Shown: positions 22,093 to 31,923 of the stretch, piece by piece
How positions within the stretch are numbered: the first letter of the stretch is position 1
Layout: each line of letters starts with the position of its first letter
Assembly: GCA_963727625.1 (NCBI GenBank)
Contig: CAVSHR010000005.1
Span: 576,001-640,000 of the forward strand
Source: an uncultured delta proteobacterium
GTDB taxonomy: Bacteria; Desulfobacterota; Binatia; UBA9968
Length of the DNA stretch: 64,000 bases
Direction of reading: 5' to 3'
Notes under the pieces: model-generated
What the model was told of the DNA's origin: nothing
Databases searched by the model: none
What the model saw: the letters and a program-made list of their open reading frames with translations, nothing else
Position numbers and translations under genes: made by a program

Positions 22093-23289
22093 ATGGATCA
22101 TCCCGCTGAGCAATCATTTCAGGAACCGACCGATAAAAAGACCCGGGCTGGCTATGGAAAATTTCTCCGGCCTAATACACCCTATGACAACTTCATGGAG
22201 TCGCAGGGCATTCCAATCTATCGCGACATCGGCGTCCGCCGCGTTCAGGACTTGCCGCGCAAGCCGTGGAAGCGCATGGGCGGCAACGGTACCTTCATCC
22301 AGCTTCTGGGCACCGAGGGGCTGTGGGGCTGCTACGTCGTCGAAGTTCCTGGCGCCGGGGCTTTGAACCCGGAAAAGCATCTTTACGAAGAACAATATCT
22401 CGTCGTCGACGGCCGTGGCACGACCGAGGTTTGGATCGAAGGCAATCCGAAGAAGGTCACCTTTGAGTGGCAAAAGGGTTCGATGTTTGCCATCCCGATG
22501 AATGCGACGCATCGTATCGTCAACGCAACTTCGAGCCCGGCGCTTCTGCTGGGCGGCACCACAGCGCCGAACGTCATGAATAACTTCGGTAGCGACGATT
22601 TTATCTTCAATTGCCCCTATCACTTCAAAGATCGTTTCGATCCGAGCGACGACTACTACAAGTACAAAGAAGAAGTCACGCCTGATCCGCTCCGGGGTCT
22701 CGCCATGCGCCAGACCAACATCATTCCCGACGTGATGTCCTGCGAGTTGCCCATGGACAACCGCCGCTCGCCGGGTTACCGGCGCATCGAACCGCACATG
22801 GCGGGACAGCAATTCTATATGTGGATCGGCCAGCATGAAACCGGCCGTTACTCGAAGGCGCATGCCCATGGCTCCGCCGCGGTGCTGATTTGTCTCAGCG
22901 GCAAAGGGTATACCTACACCTGGCCGTCAAAATTAGGCACCCACCCCTGGGAGAACGGCACGACAGAAGAAATCAGACGGCAGGACTATGAACCGGTGGG
23001 CATGGTGAGCGCCGCGCCGATGAGCGGCAATTGGTTCCACGCTCACTTTGGCGCGAGTAAAGAGCCGCTGCGTCTCACCGCCTGGTTCGGTCCCAATGCG
23101 CCGGGACGCGACCGCGGCAAGCCTGGCGAGAAGGGCATCGACTACGGCGCTATCGACATGAAAGATGGCGGCACGGCAATCCCGTACAACGAAGAAGATC
23201 CGTATCTCCGTAAAGAGTTTGAAGAAACGCTCGCGAGCGTCGGCGCGAAATCCCGCATGGAGCCGGAACTCTATACGCACTCCTACTGA
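22093..23289 (+). CDS. Bicupin-domain protein
   Basis: Two cupin motifs: KHLYEEQYLVVDGRG..IPMNATH and AHAHG..LSGKGY..NWFHAHF; AGGAGG RBS. Confidence 0.82.
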   Translation: MDHPAEQSFQEPTDKKTRAGYGKFLRPNTPYDNFMESQGIPIYRDIGVRRVQDLPRKPWKRMGGNGTFIQLLGTEGLWGCYVVEVPGAGALNPEKHLYEEQYLVVDGRGTTEVWIEGNPKKVTFEWQKGSMFAIPMNATHRIVNATSSPALLLGGTTAPNVMNNFGSDDFIFNCPYHFKDRFDPSDDYYKYKEEVTPDPLRGLAMRQTNIIPDVMSCELPMDNRRSPGYRRIEPHMAGQQFYMWIGQHETGRYSKAHAHGSAAVLICLSGKGYTYTWPSKLGTHPWENGTTEEIRRQDYEPVGMVSAAPMSGNWFHAHFGASKEPLRLTAWFGPNAPGRDRGKPGEKGIDYGAIDMKDGGTAIPYNEEDPYLRKEFEETLASVGAKSRMEPELYTHSY

Positions 23290-23308
23290 GAATCAATCAC
23301 TGTCTAGT

Positions 23309-23362
23309 GTCTAGCGTCTCGGGTTTAGCGTTCGAATGAACGCTAAACCCGAGACGCTAGAC
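23309..23362. repeat. Perfect 25-bp hairpin between the cupin and eutA-like genes
   Basis: GTCTAGCGTCTCGGGTTTAGCGTTC-GAAT-GAACGCTAAACCCGAGACGCTAGAC. Confidence 0.9.
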
Positions 23363-23394
23363 GTCAAACCAAACTTTCTCGTCCAAGGATTTTC

Positions 23395-24879
23395 ATGGCC
23401 ACCGCACCTAGAGGTTCGTTTTCCAATGCCAACCGCCACATGCAGGAAGAGGAAACTCTTCAGCTCACCAGCGTGGGCGTGGATATCGGCTCGTCGACAT
23501 CGCATCTGGTTTTTTCCCGACTTGAGTTGACCCTCGAAGGTTCGCGCTATCGTGTGACCAAACGCGACGTGTTGAACGAGTCGCAAATACTCCTGACTCC
23601 CTACGTCGATGACACTCGAATCGACGTTGAGGCGCTGGAAACCTTCATCAACGAACAATACAAGAATGCCAAGATCCGCCGCGAGGATGTCGACACCGGT
23701 GCGCTCATACTCACCGGTGTCGCCGTGCGCCGGCGCAACGCCCGCGCCATCGCCGAGCTGTTCGCGGAGGAGGCGGGAAAATTCGTTGCGGTAAGCGCCG
23801 GGGACGGCTTGGAGGCGACCATGGCGGCGCATGGCTCCGGCGCGGTCGCCCACTCGGAGAAAATCGGCGGTGTCGTGCTCAACGTCGACATCGGCGGCGG
23901 CACCAGCAAGTTTGCCATCTGCAACAACGGCAAGGTCCAGGAGGTTTCGGCCCTCGACATCGGCGCGCGCCTGCTCGCCTTCGACAAGGATGGCGCGGTC
24001 GTGCGCATCGAAGAGGCCGGCCGCAAACATGCCGGCTGGGCGGGATTCGCGGTGGAGCTCGGCAAGAAAATTCCGCAGGACAGTCTGAAGAAGATGGTCG
24101 CCGGCATGATTGATAAGCTGTTCGTCATGCTCAAACCGGGGGAGGCCAGCGAAGAGATCAAGGGGCTGTTGCGCCTGCCGCCGCTCACTTACCGAGGTGA
24201 GATCGATTGCGTAATGTTTTCGGGCGGCGTTTCCGAATTCATCTACAATCGAACCAAAACCACTTTCGGCGACCTGGGACCGCTGATCGCCGAGGAGGTC
24301 CATCGGCGCATGAGCGACCTGGGTCTCCTCGTCATGGAACCCAATGCGCGCATTCGGGCCACCGTGATCGGCGCGTCCCAGTATACCGTGCAAGTGAGCG
24401 GCAACACCGTATTCATATCACCGGTAGAAGCCGTGCCAGTTCGCAATATCGCCGTGGTGGCGCCGGAGTTTCCGCTCGACAACGACGAGTTCACCAAAGA
24501 AGCGGTGCGCGATGCGACGCTAAGCGCGCTACGGCGTCTCGATCTCTTGAGCGCGCGCCAACCGGTAGCGGTCGCCTTTCATTGGGACGGCTCGGCGACG
24601 TTTTTCCGCCTCCAAGCCTTTTGCAGCGGCATCGCCGAAGGGCTAAAGGACATTCTGGCCAAAGGCCATCCGTTGGTGCTGGTCAACGACGGCGACATTG
24701 GCGGCATTATCGGGCTTCACTTCCAAGAAGAATTGCAGACGCAGGCGTCGATCATTTCTATCGATGGCATCGCCCTCAGCGATTTCGATTACATCGACAT
24801 CGGCGCGCTCATCCAGTCGTCCGGTGCTGTGCCGGTGGTTATCAAATCCCTGATCTTTCCCGCCTCGCCGCAACAATAA
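23395..24879 (+). CDS. EutA-like (ethanolamine ammonia-lyase reactivase family) actin-fold ATPase
   Basis: SVGVDIGSSTSHLVFS, TGALILTG, FVAVSAG..LEA, NVDIGGGTS, FSGGV, IRATVIGAS, VPVVIKSLIF. Confidence 0.85.
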   Translation: MATAPRGSFSNANRHMQEEETLQLTSVGVDIGSSTSHLVFSRLELTLEGSRYRVTKRDVLNESQILLTPYVDDTRIDVEALETFINEQYKNAKIRREDVDTGALILTGVAVRRRNARAIAELFAEEAGKFVAVSAGDGLEATMAAHGSGAVAHSEKIGGVVLNVDIGGGTSKFAICNNGKVQEVSALDIGARLLAFDKDGAVVRIEEAGRKHAGWAGFAVELGKKIPQDSLKKMVAGMIDKLFVMLKPGEASEEIKGLLRLPPLTYRGEIDCVMFSGGVSEFIYNRTKTTFGDLGPLIAEEVHRRMSDLGLLVMEPNARIRATVIGASQYTVQVSGNTVFISPVEAVPVRNIAVVAPEFPLDNDEFTKEAVRDATLSALRRLDLLSARQPVAVAFHWDGSATFFRLQAFCSGIAEGLKDILAKGHPLVLVNDGDIGGIIGLHFQEELQTQASIISIDGIALSDFDYIDIGALIQSSGAVPVVIKSLIFPASPQQ

Positions 24880-24914
24880 AAAGCCGGGAGAATTTTTCTC
24901 TCCCGGCTTTTTTT
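24878..24914. terminator. Bidirectional intrinsic terminator
   Basis: AAAAAGCCGGGAGA-loop-TCTCCCGGCTTTTTTT between convergent genes. Confidence 0.85.
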
Positions 24915-24952
24915 GGTTCGAACATTTTGAACGATTTGAACCCGAAAGATTC

Positions 24953-26035
24953 TTAGACCCTAAAAAAGCGCTTGGCATTTTCACCTAAAACCGCGGCCTT
25001 TTCTGCATGGCTCAAGTCAGGCCGCTCCACAGTTTCGTGGATCATTTGCTTGGCCGCCACTAAATCGACTTCGTGGGGATAGTCGGACGCGTACGAAAGC
25101 GCGTCGGCGCCACATTGTTTGATAACGTACGGCAAGATCCATTCGTTCCCCTCACAGCCGACAACGACCTGGCCGCTGGAGAGGTAATCATTGAGGCTGC
25201 GCGAATGGCCGGTGCTGGTGGTGTAGACGTTGTCGTCGCGGTCCATGCGATCTTTGAGGAGCAGCAGCCAAGCGCAACCACCTTCGAAAAAACCGATATG
25301 TAAGTCTTTATAACGATCGAGAACGCCGTGATAGACCAAGGACACGAACTCAAGAGCCAACGGCATTGGATGTCTTAAAACGCGCGCTGCCCAGGGATCG
25401 GTAAAAGTATCGGCGCCGAGCCCAATGCTCGAGCCGCCATGAATTCCCAAAGCGCAGCCGAGATTGGCCGCCTCCTCGTAAACCGGCCAGTAATAATCGT
25501 GACCGAGATGAAGCGGCAAACCGCGCGACGGCAGCATCGCTCCCGGAAGCTTTAGATCCACCACCAAGCGGCGCAATTCCTTTACGGCTTCCTTGACATC
25601 CTGCATGGCGATCAGGCCCATCGGGTGAAGCCGCGAGTCGACTTTGCGGTAGCGCTCCGAGACATAATCGTTAAAGGCGCGGCAAACGCGCGTCGCGTAA
25701 TCTGCTTGTTGGAAAAAGCCCACCGAAAGTCCTTCGGACGGGAATAGCACGGCTTGCGAAACCGCCGCATTCTCCAAGAAAGCGACCCAATCTTCGCCCG
25801 AACCTTTGCGATGATCGCTGGCGTCGACGCGCGGCCGACGCGGCGCCTCGACCTCGCCGCTCTTGCGCACATTTCTCGGATAGTGAATATCGTCAAGGCT
25901 GGCAAATACTCCCTGGCGATTTCTCGACGGAGTCAATGCAACTTCACGATCCACTGGATCGAGAAACGGCACCATTTCCGGAATCGACTCGATGATATGA
26001 CCGTCACAATCAAAGACCCTAATTTTTTCTGCCAC
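24953..26035 (-). CDS. Amidohydrolase_2 family protein
   Basis: FDCDGHIIE, AVLFPS, GIHG, FFEGG..W, YASDYPHE; GGAGGA RBS before GTG 26035. Confidence 0.88.
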   Translation of the reverse strand: MAEKIRVFDCDGHIIESIPEMVPFLDPVDREVALTPSRNRQGVFASLDDIHYPRNVRKSGEVEAPRRPRVDASDHRKGSGEDWVAFLENAAVSQAVLFPSEGLSVGFFQQADYATRVCRAFNDYVSERYRKVDSRLHPMGLIAMQDVKEAVKELRRLVVDLKLPGAMLPSRGLPLHLGHDYYWPVYEEAANLGCALGIHGGSSIGLGADTFTDPWAARVLRHPMPLALEFVSLVYHGVLDRYKDLHIGFFEGGCAWLLLLKDRMDRDDNVYTTSTGHSRSLNDYLSSGQVVVGCEGNEWILPYVIKQCGADALSYASDYPHEVDLVAAKQMIHETVERPDLSHAEKAAVLGENAKRFFRV

Positions 26036-26411
26036 GCGAAATTCCTCCAAAAACTTTTTGGTATATGACGATTTTTCTACCACAAAGCCCTGGCCGACGA
26101 AAATAGCCGCTCTGCGGCGGTTGAGGCTTCTTCGACACCGCGCTGAGGCGTGACAATCATCCCATCCCGCGCGCGGACCAGATCGAAACCTTAAGTCGAA
26201 CCGAGGTATTTTTTTCCTCGGCCATCGGTCGAGGATGTTTTTATGCCGATCATGCCCAGCAATCGCCATCGCTTGCCAAAAATTACAGGAGGCCGGCACA
26301 AACTTGCGCGGAAGCAAAAATTTGTTCGAATTTTTCGTAAAACTCTCGCCACTTATCTTGACAACGCCGGTCGTTACGCCTAAAACCGACCCCGTTATCA
26401 GGGCTGCAACT

Positions 26412-27248
26412 ATGTCGAAGTACCGCGCGCGCCATTGCCCGAGATGTAATTACTTCATAGGCTTTGCAGTAACCAGACAGGTCACGAGGAGCGGCGAGAG
26501 CACGGTCACTAATTTCTGTCTGAATTGCAACCATAGGCTGCCGGTGCGCCGGATTATTCACGGCGCCCGCAAAACCGCCCCGTCACTGCGCCGGTCTGGC
26601 TTGCGCTTGGTCCACAACACGCTGAATACTCCCGCGTTTGGCACGGAGGGCGAGAGCCAGCGTAACGATATGGATAGCAGAATCAGTTCGGCCGATTACG
26701 CACGCCATTTGCGAGCTATCGGTCAAGACTTGGAAACTCGTCACCTGAGCCAGTTCAATCTCGAGTTTAATGGCGACGCCTATTGGGTGTGGGTAAAGGC
26801 CGGTGATCAGGTCGAAAATAGCAAGCCGCTGATGCGCATCAGCAAGAATCGTCTGCAAAAACTCTGGCGCAACCGCACGTCGCCGCGCACCATCGGCCAC
26901 GAGGAATCTTACGCGAATCCTGCTTCCGAAATGGGCCGAAGAATGCGCTATTCGGTTCAAGAATTGGATCGCATCGAGCAGGAACAGTACGCGCTCCGGC
27001 ACCGACCGAGCGGCAGTGCTGACGGTCACAGCCTGTCGCAATTGCTACGCACGGTCGGCGATCTTGTCGGGCAGCGAAGCGCACGGCTCTTAGGAATAGC
27101 TTGGCAGGACCTCTCGATCGCGGTGGTCGTCGAGACGCCTCAAGGGCGCAAGGAAATCGACATATTTCGCCCGGACAACTTGTACGACCTCTGGGTCAGA
27201 ATGTATTTGAAGCGCAATAACCGCGCGTCTCCCAATGGTCCGCGCTAA
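26412..27248 (+). CDS. Hypothetical protein with N-terminal Zn-ribbon
   Basis: CPRC...CLNC, then two related helices (YARHLRAIGQDL / LSQLLRTVGDLV). Confidence 0.6.
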   Translation: MSKYRARHCPRCNYFIGFAVTRQVTRSGESTVTNFCLNCNHRLPVRRIIHGARKTAPSLRRSGLRLVHNTLNTPAFGTEGESQRNDMDSRISSADYARHLRAIGQDLETRHLSQFNLEFNGDAYWVWVKAGDQVENSKPLMRISKNRLQKLWRNRTSPRTIGHEESYANPASEMGRRMRYSVQELDRIEQEQYALRHRPSGSADGHSLSQLLRTVGDLVGQRSARLLGIAWQDLSIAVVVETPQGRKEIDIFRPDNLYDLWVRMYLKRNNRASPNGPR

Positions 27249-27292
27249 ATTCAACGCACATCTTATTTCGATCATCGAATCGGTGGCGACAG

Positions 27293-29191
27293 CTAGCGCA
27301 TCCCGGCGCTCCGTATTTCCATTGCCGTTGGCAGCAAGAGTTGCTCGTGCGGCGCGTGGCTCTGTTTACGCGGCGCGGGGATTTGCAAAACAAACCTCGA
27401 CCCCTCGCCCGCGCGGCTTTCAACATGGATCTTCCCGCCGAGCAGGTCCATGTAAGTCTTGACGATGTAAAGCCCGAGCCCCACCCCGCCACGCGGCGCT
27501 CCAGTCTGAAGATCCTGCGCTTGACGAAACCTCTCAAAAATCGTCGAGATCCGCTCGTTTGCAATTCCAACTCCGGTGTCGGCGACCTTTAGCTCTAAGG
27601 CGCTCTTGAAACTTACGTACCGCGCCGTAATCGTTACCGTGCCATGTGCGGTAAATTTGATTGCATTGTTGATCAAATTATCGAGAATATGTCTGAGTTT
27701 GCCGCGGTCTAATCGTACCCACGGCAGGTCGGAGGGATAATCCCAGATCACTTTCACATCTTTTGCCAATGGAGCATCATAGATCGATCGTATCTCGGTC
27801 AAAAATTCCCAGAGATTGACCTCGTTGAGCTCCACATGCGGAACCTCGCTTTCCATGTTACTCACTTGCAGGACGGTATTGATCAGTCGACGCAGTTCTT
27901 TGGATTGTCTCGCGACCGTCTCGATCGCCTTTTCCTGAAGTGGCGTGATCTCTCCCAACAGCCCGTCCATAAACATATCCGCGTATCCGGTGATTACGTT
28001 CAACGGGCTTTTCAGCTGGGTCGAGACAACCCTTAAGAATTCATCTTTAATCTTGTGCGCGCCGCGCAGTTCTTCGGCTTGTCTCTGGCTTTGGTCGTAG
28101 AGCTCGGCATGGTGAATCGCAATCGCGGCTTGCCCCGCTAACGTCGACAGGAAGTCGATTTCCTCCTCACCGAACTCGTGGTTATCCCGCGCCAGAAAAA
28201 CCAAACAGCCGAGCCGCGCCTGGTTGGCGATCAAAGGCAAAGCGATAAAAGCCAACAGCCCTTCATTTTTAAATAAATCGAGGCTCTCAACCCGTGCGTC
28301 GGTAAAAACGTTGCTCACGATCAAAGGACGGTCGTCCTCGACAACCCGATCGACAAAAGCGAGAGATTCATCGGCGGTGCCGAGCTCTCGGGATTCAAAT
28401 CCGCACGCCGCGGCGGTTTCGATCGCTCCCGTGGCATGATTTCTCAACCGCACTATCGCCGCGGCGTAGGGCAAGTGAATCAGCGCCGTCTCAAGAAATA
28501 AGACAAGCAACTTTTGAGTGTCGATGGTCGAAGTGACCGCTAGGTTGACTTGATGGATGACCTCGATCCGCTCGCGTTGGCGACGAATTTCTTCAGCGAC
28601 CTTTTGCTGCCGCCGCGCTTGTTCTTCCTTTTCCCGTGCCACCCGCCGGATGCGCTCGACTTGGGCGAAGTAACCGTAGAAAAGCGAGATTACAAACGGA
28701 AACGGCAAACGCAAATAGACGCTCGGATTGACTGTCTCGGATGTGGAAAAAACGAAATAGCCATAGACCAGCGGCGCCAAGATGGTCACGGCCAATAGAC
28801 CGCGGATGTCGTTGCAAATACAACTGACGACCAGAGTGAAAAGGCAGGCAAGATAAAAATTCGGACTGGCTGTTCCAATCGTGCTCAAAACCGCCGCCAG
28901 GACGACCGTATCGAAAAGCAAGAGCGGACCATAAAAGTAGCGCGAATCAAAAAGATCGTCGGCGAGAAAATACAGCGTAGTGTGGCTCAGCAGATAGAGA
29001 ATCAGAACCGCCTGAACTTGCGTCGGCGTCAACCACTGACTCGGCGTATAGTAAAGTAAATAGGAAGAAAGAATGACCAACGGCCAGCGCAACCGTATGA
29101 CAGTATCTTTCTTGGCAGCATCAAACAGCCGGTCGATCTTCCACGAACGGCGCACAAAATATTCAGAATGAGCGGTTTGCGAAACAGCCAT
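27293..29191 (-). CDS. Membrane-bound GAF-domain histidine-kinase-like protein (H-box His absent)
   Basis: About 5-6 TM segments, GAF (LAGQAAIAI), DHp KDEFLRVVSTQLKSPL, intact N/G1/F/G2 boxes. Confidence 0.88.
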   Translation of the reverse strand: MAVSQTAHSEYFVRRSWKIDRLFDAAKKDTVIRLRWPLVILSSYLLYYTPSQWLTPTQVQAVLILYLLSHTTLYFLADDLFDSRYFYGPLLLFDTVVLAAVLSTIGTASPNFYLACLFTLVVSCICNDIRGLLAVTILAPLVYGYFVFSTSETVNPSVYLRLPFPFVISLFYGYFAQVERIRRVAREKEEQARRQQKVAEEIRRQRERIEVIHQVNLAVTSTIDTQKLLVLFLETALIHLPYAAAIVRLRNHATGAIETAAACGFESRELGTADESLAFVDRVVEDDRPLIVSNVFTDARVESLDLFKNEGLLAFIALPLIANQARLGCLVFLARDNHEFGEEEIDFLSTLAGQAAIAIHHAELYDQSQRQAEELRGAHKIKDEFLRVVSTQLKSPLNVITGYADMFMDGLLGEITPLQEKAIETVARQSKELRRLINTVLQVSNMESEVPHVELNEVNLWEFLTEIRSIYDAPLAKDVKVIWDYPSDLPWVRLDRGKLRHILDNLINNAIKFTAHGTVTITARYVSFKSALELKVADTGVGIANERISTIFERFRQAQDLQTGAPRGGVGLGLYIVKTYMDLLGGKIHVESRAGEGSRFVLQIPAPRKQSHAPHEQLLLPTAMEIRSAGMR

Positions 29192-29466
29192 CGGATCGAG
29201 AAATCAAAGTCCCTGAAACTTAACTTGATCTCACGAAGGTGCATATTATATGCCACGACCGATAAGCACCCATTCACGCCTATCCGAAAGCGGCTTTACT
29301 CAAGGATATCAGCAATTTAAAGAATCGCAGGGAGAAAAATTTTAGTTCAATTCAAATCTGTACGGGACAATTTTGTAGCCGAGCCGGCGGGGTCCATCAC
29401 GCGCGGAAAATTGTCAGGATAAGTCTGGCAACTTGGAGTGGGTGAGTGATTTGCGAAAACCTTGCG

Positions 29467-29952
29467 TTAGCTCTGGCTCACGGTGCCGCTACGCTTTTCC
29501 TGCGCTGCGCGCACCGCCCGCAAAATATCCGCGTAGCCGGCGCAGCGGCAGAGGTTGCCAGCTAGATAGTCGCGGATCTCGTCATCGGTGGGATTGGGAG
29601 TTTCATCCAGTAGCGCCTTGACGGACAAGACAAAGCCCGGTGTGCAATAGGCGCACTGCAACGCCCGCTGTTCGACAAAGGCTTCTTGAATGCTGTCGAG
29701 CTTAGAACCATCGCCGAGACCCTCCAGCGTGGTGATCTTGCAGCCGGCGGTTCGTGCCGCGAGCAAGAGGCAACTGCTGACCGGGCGGCCATCCAACAGC
29801 ACCGTGCAACTGCCGCAGGCGCCCACGCCGCAACTTTCGCGCACGCTCCAGAGTTTCAGACGATCGCGCAAGACCTCCAAAAGGGTCTCGGCATCGCCAA
29901 TCTGCAGCATTTCAGCGCGATTGTTGACTCGGAGCGTGATTTCGCGATTCAT
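29467..29952 (-). CDS. CoxS/CutS-type 2Fe-2S subunit
   Basis: CGVGACGSC..SC, QCAYCTPG, NLCRC. Confidence 0.93.
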   Translation of the reverse strand: MNREITLRVNNRAEMLQIGDAETLLEVLRDRLKLWSVRESCGVGACGSCTVLLDGRPVSSCLLLAARTAGCKITTLEGLGDGSKLDSIQEAFVEQRALQCAYCTPGFVLSVKALLDETPNPTDDEIRDYLAGNLCRCAGYADILRAVRAAQEKRSGTVSQS

Positions 29953-30014
29953 ACAAAATTATCCTTTAGGTAGGCCTTGGCTTGTTTTGGCCGCCCGTTG
30001 CAAGAGTTCTCAGG

Positions 30015-30878
30015 TCATTGTTGACCGCTGTTCAACTGCTCCACGGCTTTTTTCACGAACAACCGAGCCATCCGGCGCTTGTACCATTCTGAACCTCTCA
30101 AATCAGAGAAAGGTGAAATTTGTTTTTCGACGATTTCGAGCATTCGGTCGATCAGAGCGTGGTCGATGGCTTGGTCTCGCGCGAATTCTAATCCGTCAAC
30201 TAACAGCGGCGTTGCAGCCACGCCTCCGAGCGCCAAGCGCAAATCTTGGCAACGACCATTTTCTCTGATTAAGAGCCCGGCCACTCCCAGACAGGGCCAG
30301 TCGTTGGCCGACAGCGCCGTATAACGCAGATAGGCGGACTGGCTGCCCTCCGGCATGAAAGGTACTTTGACATCGACCAAAATTTCCGCCGGATCTAATG
30401 CGGTTTCGTACATGCCGCGGAAAAAATTCTTGAGCGGAATAGTCCGCGAACCCTTGGGGCCAAAAACAGTGACCTCAGCACCGAGCACGAGCAGCGGCGG
30501 CGGCGGGTCGAGGCGATAGTCGGCATGGGCGAGGTTGCCCCCCACAGAGGCGGTTTGCCGCACCCGCACGTTGCCGATCTGGGCGAAGGCTTGAACTAGT
30601 GCTGGAAACGCTTGCCTAATGACGGCGGAAGTCTCCACCATGCGATGGGTCACGAGCGCGCCGATGCGCACGCCATCGGTTTCGCTTTTGATCTCGCCCA
30701 AGCCGGGGACCGATTGAAGATCGACTAAATAGGGATAGTGAAGCGCGCGCTGCTTCATCAAGACGACCAACGTCGTGCCGCCGCCAATTAGGCGGGCGTC
30801 ATCGCCATGCTTTTGCAGCAAATCCACGGCTTCCTGCACGGAGTGCGGTTGGAGTAAATCGAAGGAACAAATCGTCAT
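30015..30878 (-). CDS. CoxM/CutM-type FAD-binding subunit
   Basis: IGGGTTL, IGALVTH, VRQTASVGGNL, DLRGSEWYKR. Confidence 0.92.
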   Translation of the reverse strand: MTICSFDLLQPHSVQEAVDLLQKHGDDARLIGGGTTLVVLMKQRALHYPYLVDLQSVPGLGEIKSETDGVRIGALVTHRMVETSAVIRQAFPALVQAFAQIGNVRVRQTASVGGNLAHADYRLDPPPPLLVLGAEVTVFGPKGSRTIPLKNFFRGMYETALDPAEILVDVKVPFMPEGSQSAYLRYTALSANDWPCLGVAGLLIRENGRCQDLRLALGGVAATPLLVDGLEFARDQAIDHALIDRMLEIVEKQISPFSDLRGSEWYKRRMARLFVKKAVEQLNSGQQ

Positions 30879-31044
30879 CGGTTGCCTCAAGGAGTCGCTG
30901 TTTTTCTATCCTTACACCGCTCTAGAATCAAGCATGCAAATTTTTGCACGGGGTCACCGGCCGGCGGAAATCTGCCGGCAAGTTCTCCGGTTGACAGGCG
31001 CAGCCAACTTTGAGATGAATCCGACTTAAAGGGAGGGCAAAACC

Positions 31045-31857
31045 ATGTTCGCAAGCATTCGACATATCGCGGTGATGACGGAGAATTGGGACCGGGAAGC
31101 GAAATTCTATCAGACCATTTTCGGCATGAAAAAAATAACCAACGGCATGACCGATGAAAAGGGCGAATACAACAAGGATCGCGGTCATCTGAGCGACGGG
31201 GTCATTGGCCTGGCACTGTTGCAACGTCAGCCAGGCTTTAAATCGGGCCTGGACCATTTCGGCTTTGCCGTCGAAGATGTGCAGGTCGTGCGCGATCGCA
31301 TCAAACAGTTTTATCCCGATGTTTACATCCATCAGAGCCAAAGCCATGTTCCGTTTGCCGGCCTGCGCGGACATGATCCCGACGGCAATCAGTACGACCT
31401 TTCGCAAAAAGGTATGGACAATGTTCGTGAAGGCTATGTCGAGTTCGGCTGGGAGCAGCCGCGCTGGATTAATCATATCTGTATTCGCAGCGGTCGCCCC
31501 GCTTACATCGCCGAGTTCTATCAGAAGGTCTTCGATCTCAAACCGGTGGAGGGCATGTCCGGCGACAACAGCTACTACCTTACCGACGGCAAGGTCGCTC
31601 TTGTAATCCGTCCCTGGGACATGGTCCAGTATCGTGGGCACATGGCCGGGTTAGATCACTTCGGCTACAAAGTCGACAATCTGGAGCAAACCAAGAAAGA
31701 TCTCGATAATCTCGCTAAATCGTCGCCAGCCTCGGCATACCGCAAGATCGCCATCGGCCGTGACGGTGAAACGCGCCAGAAAAATCTCGAAGGCTGTAGG
31801 CTCTGCAAGCAAAGCCTTTCGGATCCCGACGGTGTGCTGTTGGATCTGACCGACTGA
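31045..31857 (+). CDS. Tandem VOC/glyoxalase-domain protein
   Basis: IRHIAV..FY..IFG, GLDHFGF, DPDGN; the pattern is repeated in the second half. Confidence 0.85.
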   Translation: MFASIRHIAVMTENWDREAKFYQTIFGMKKITNGMTDEKGEYNKDRGHLSDGVIGLALLQRQPGFKSGLDHFGFAVEDVQVVRDRIKQFYPDVYIHQSQSHVPFAGLRGHDPDGNQYDLSQKGMDNVREGYVEFGWEQPRWINHICIRSGRPAYIAEFYQKVFDLKPVEGMSGDNSYYLTDGKVALVIRPWDMVQYRGHMAGLDHFGYKVDNLEQTKKDLDNLAKSSPASAYRKIAIGRDGETRQKNLEGCRLCKQSLSDPDGVLLDLTD

Positions 31858-31923
31858 AGGACCGGCGCACCGGTCGCGGCTAACTCCCGCTTACTTCGGG
31901 ACGCAAACCAGTTTGGAGGACAC

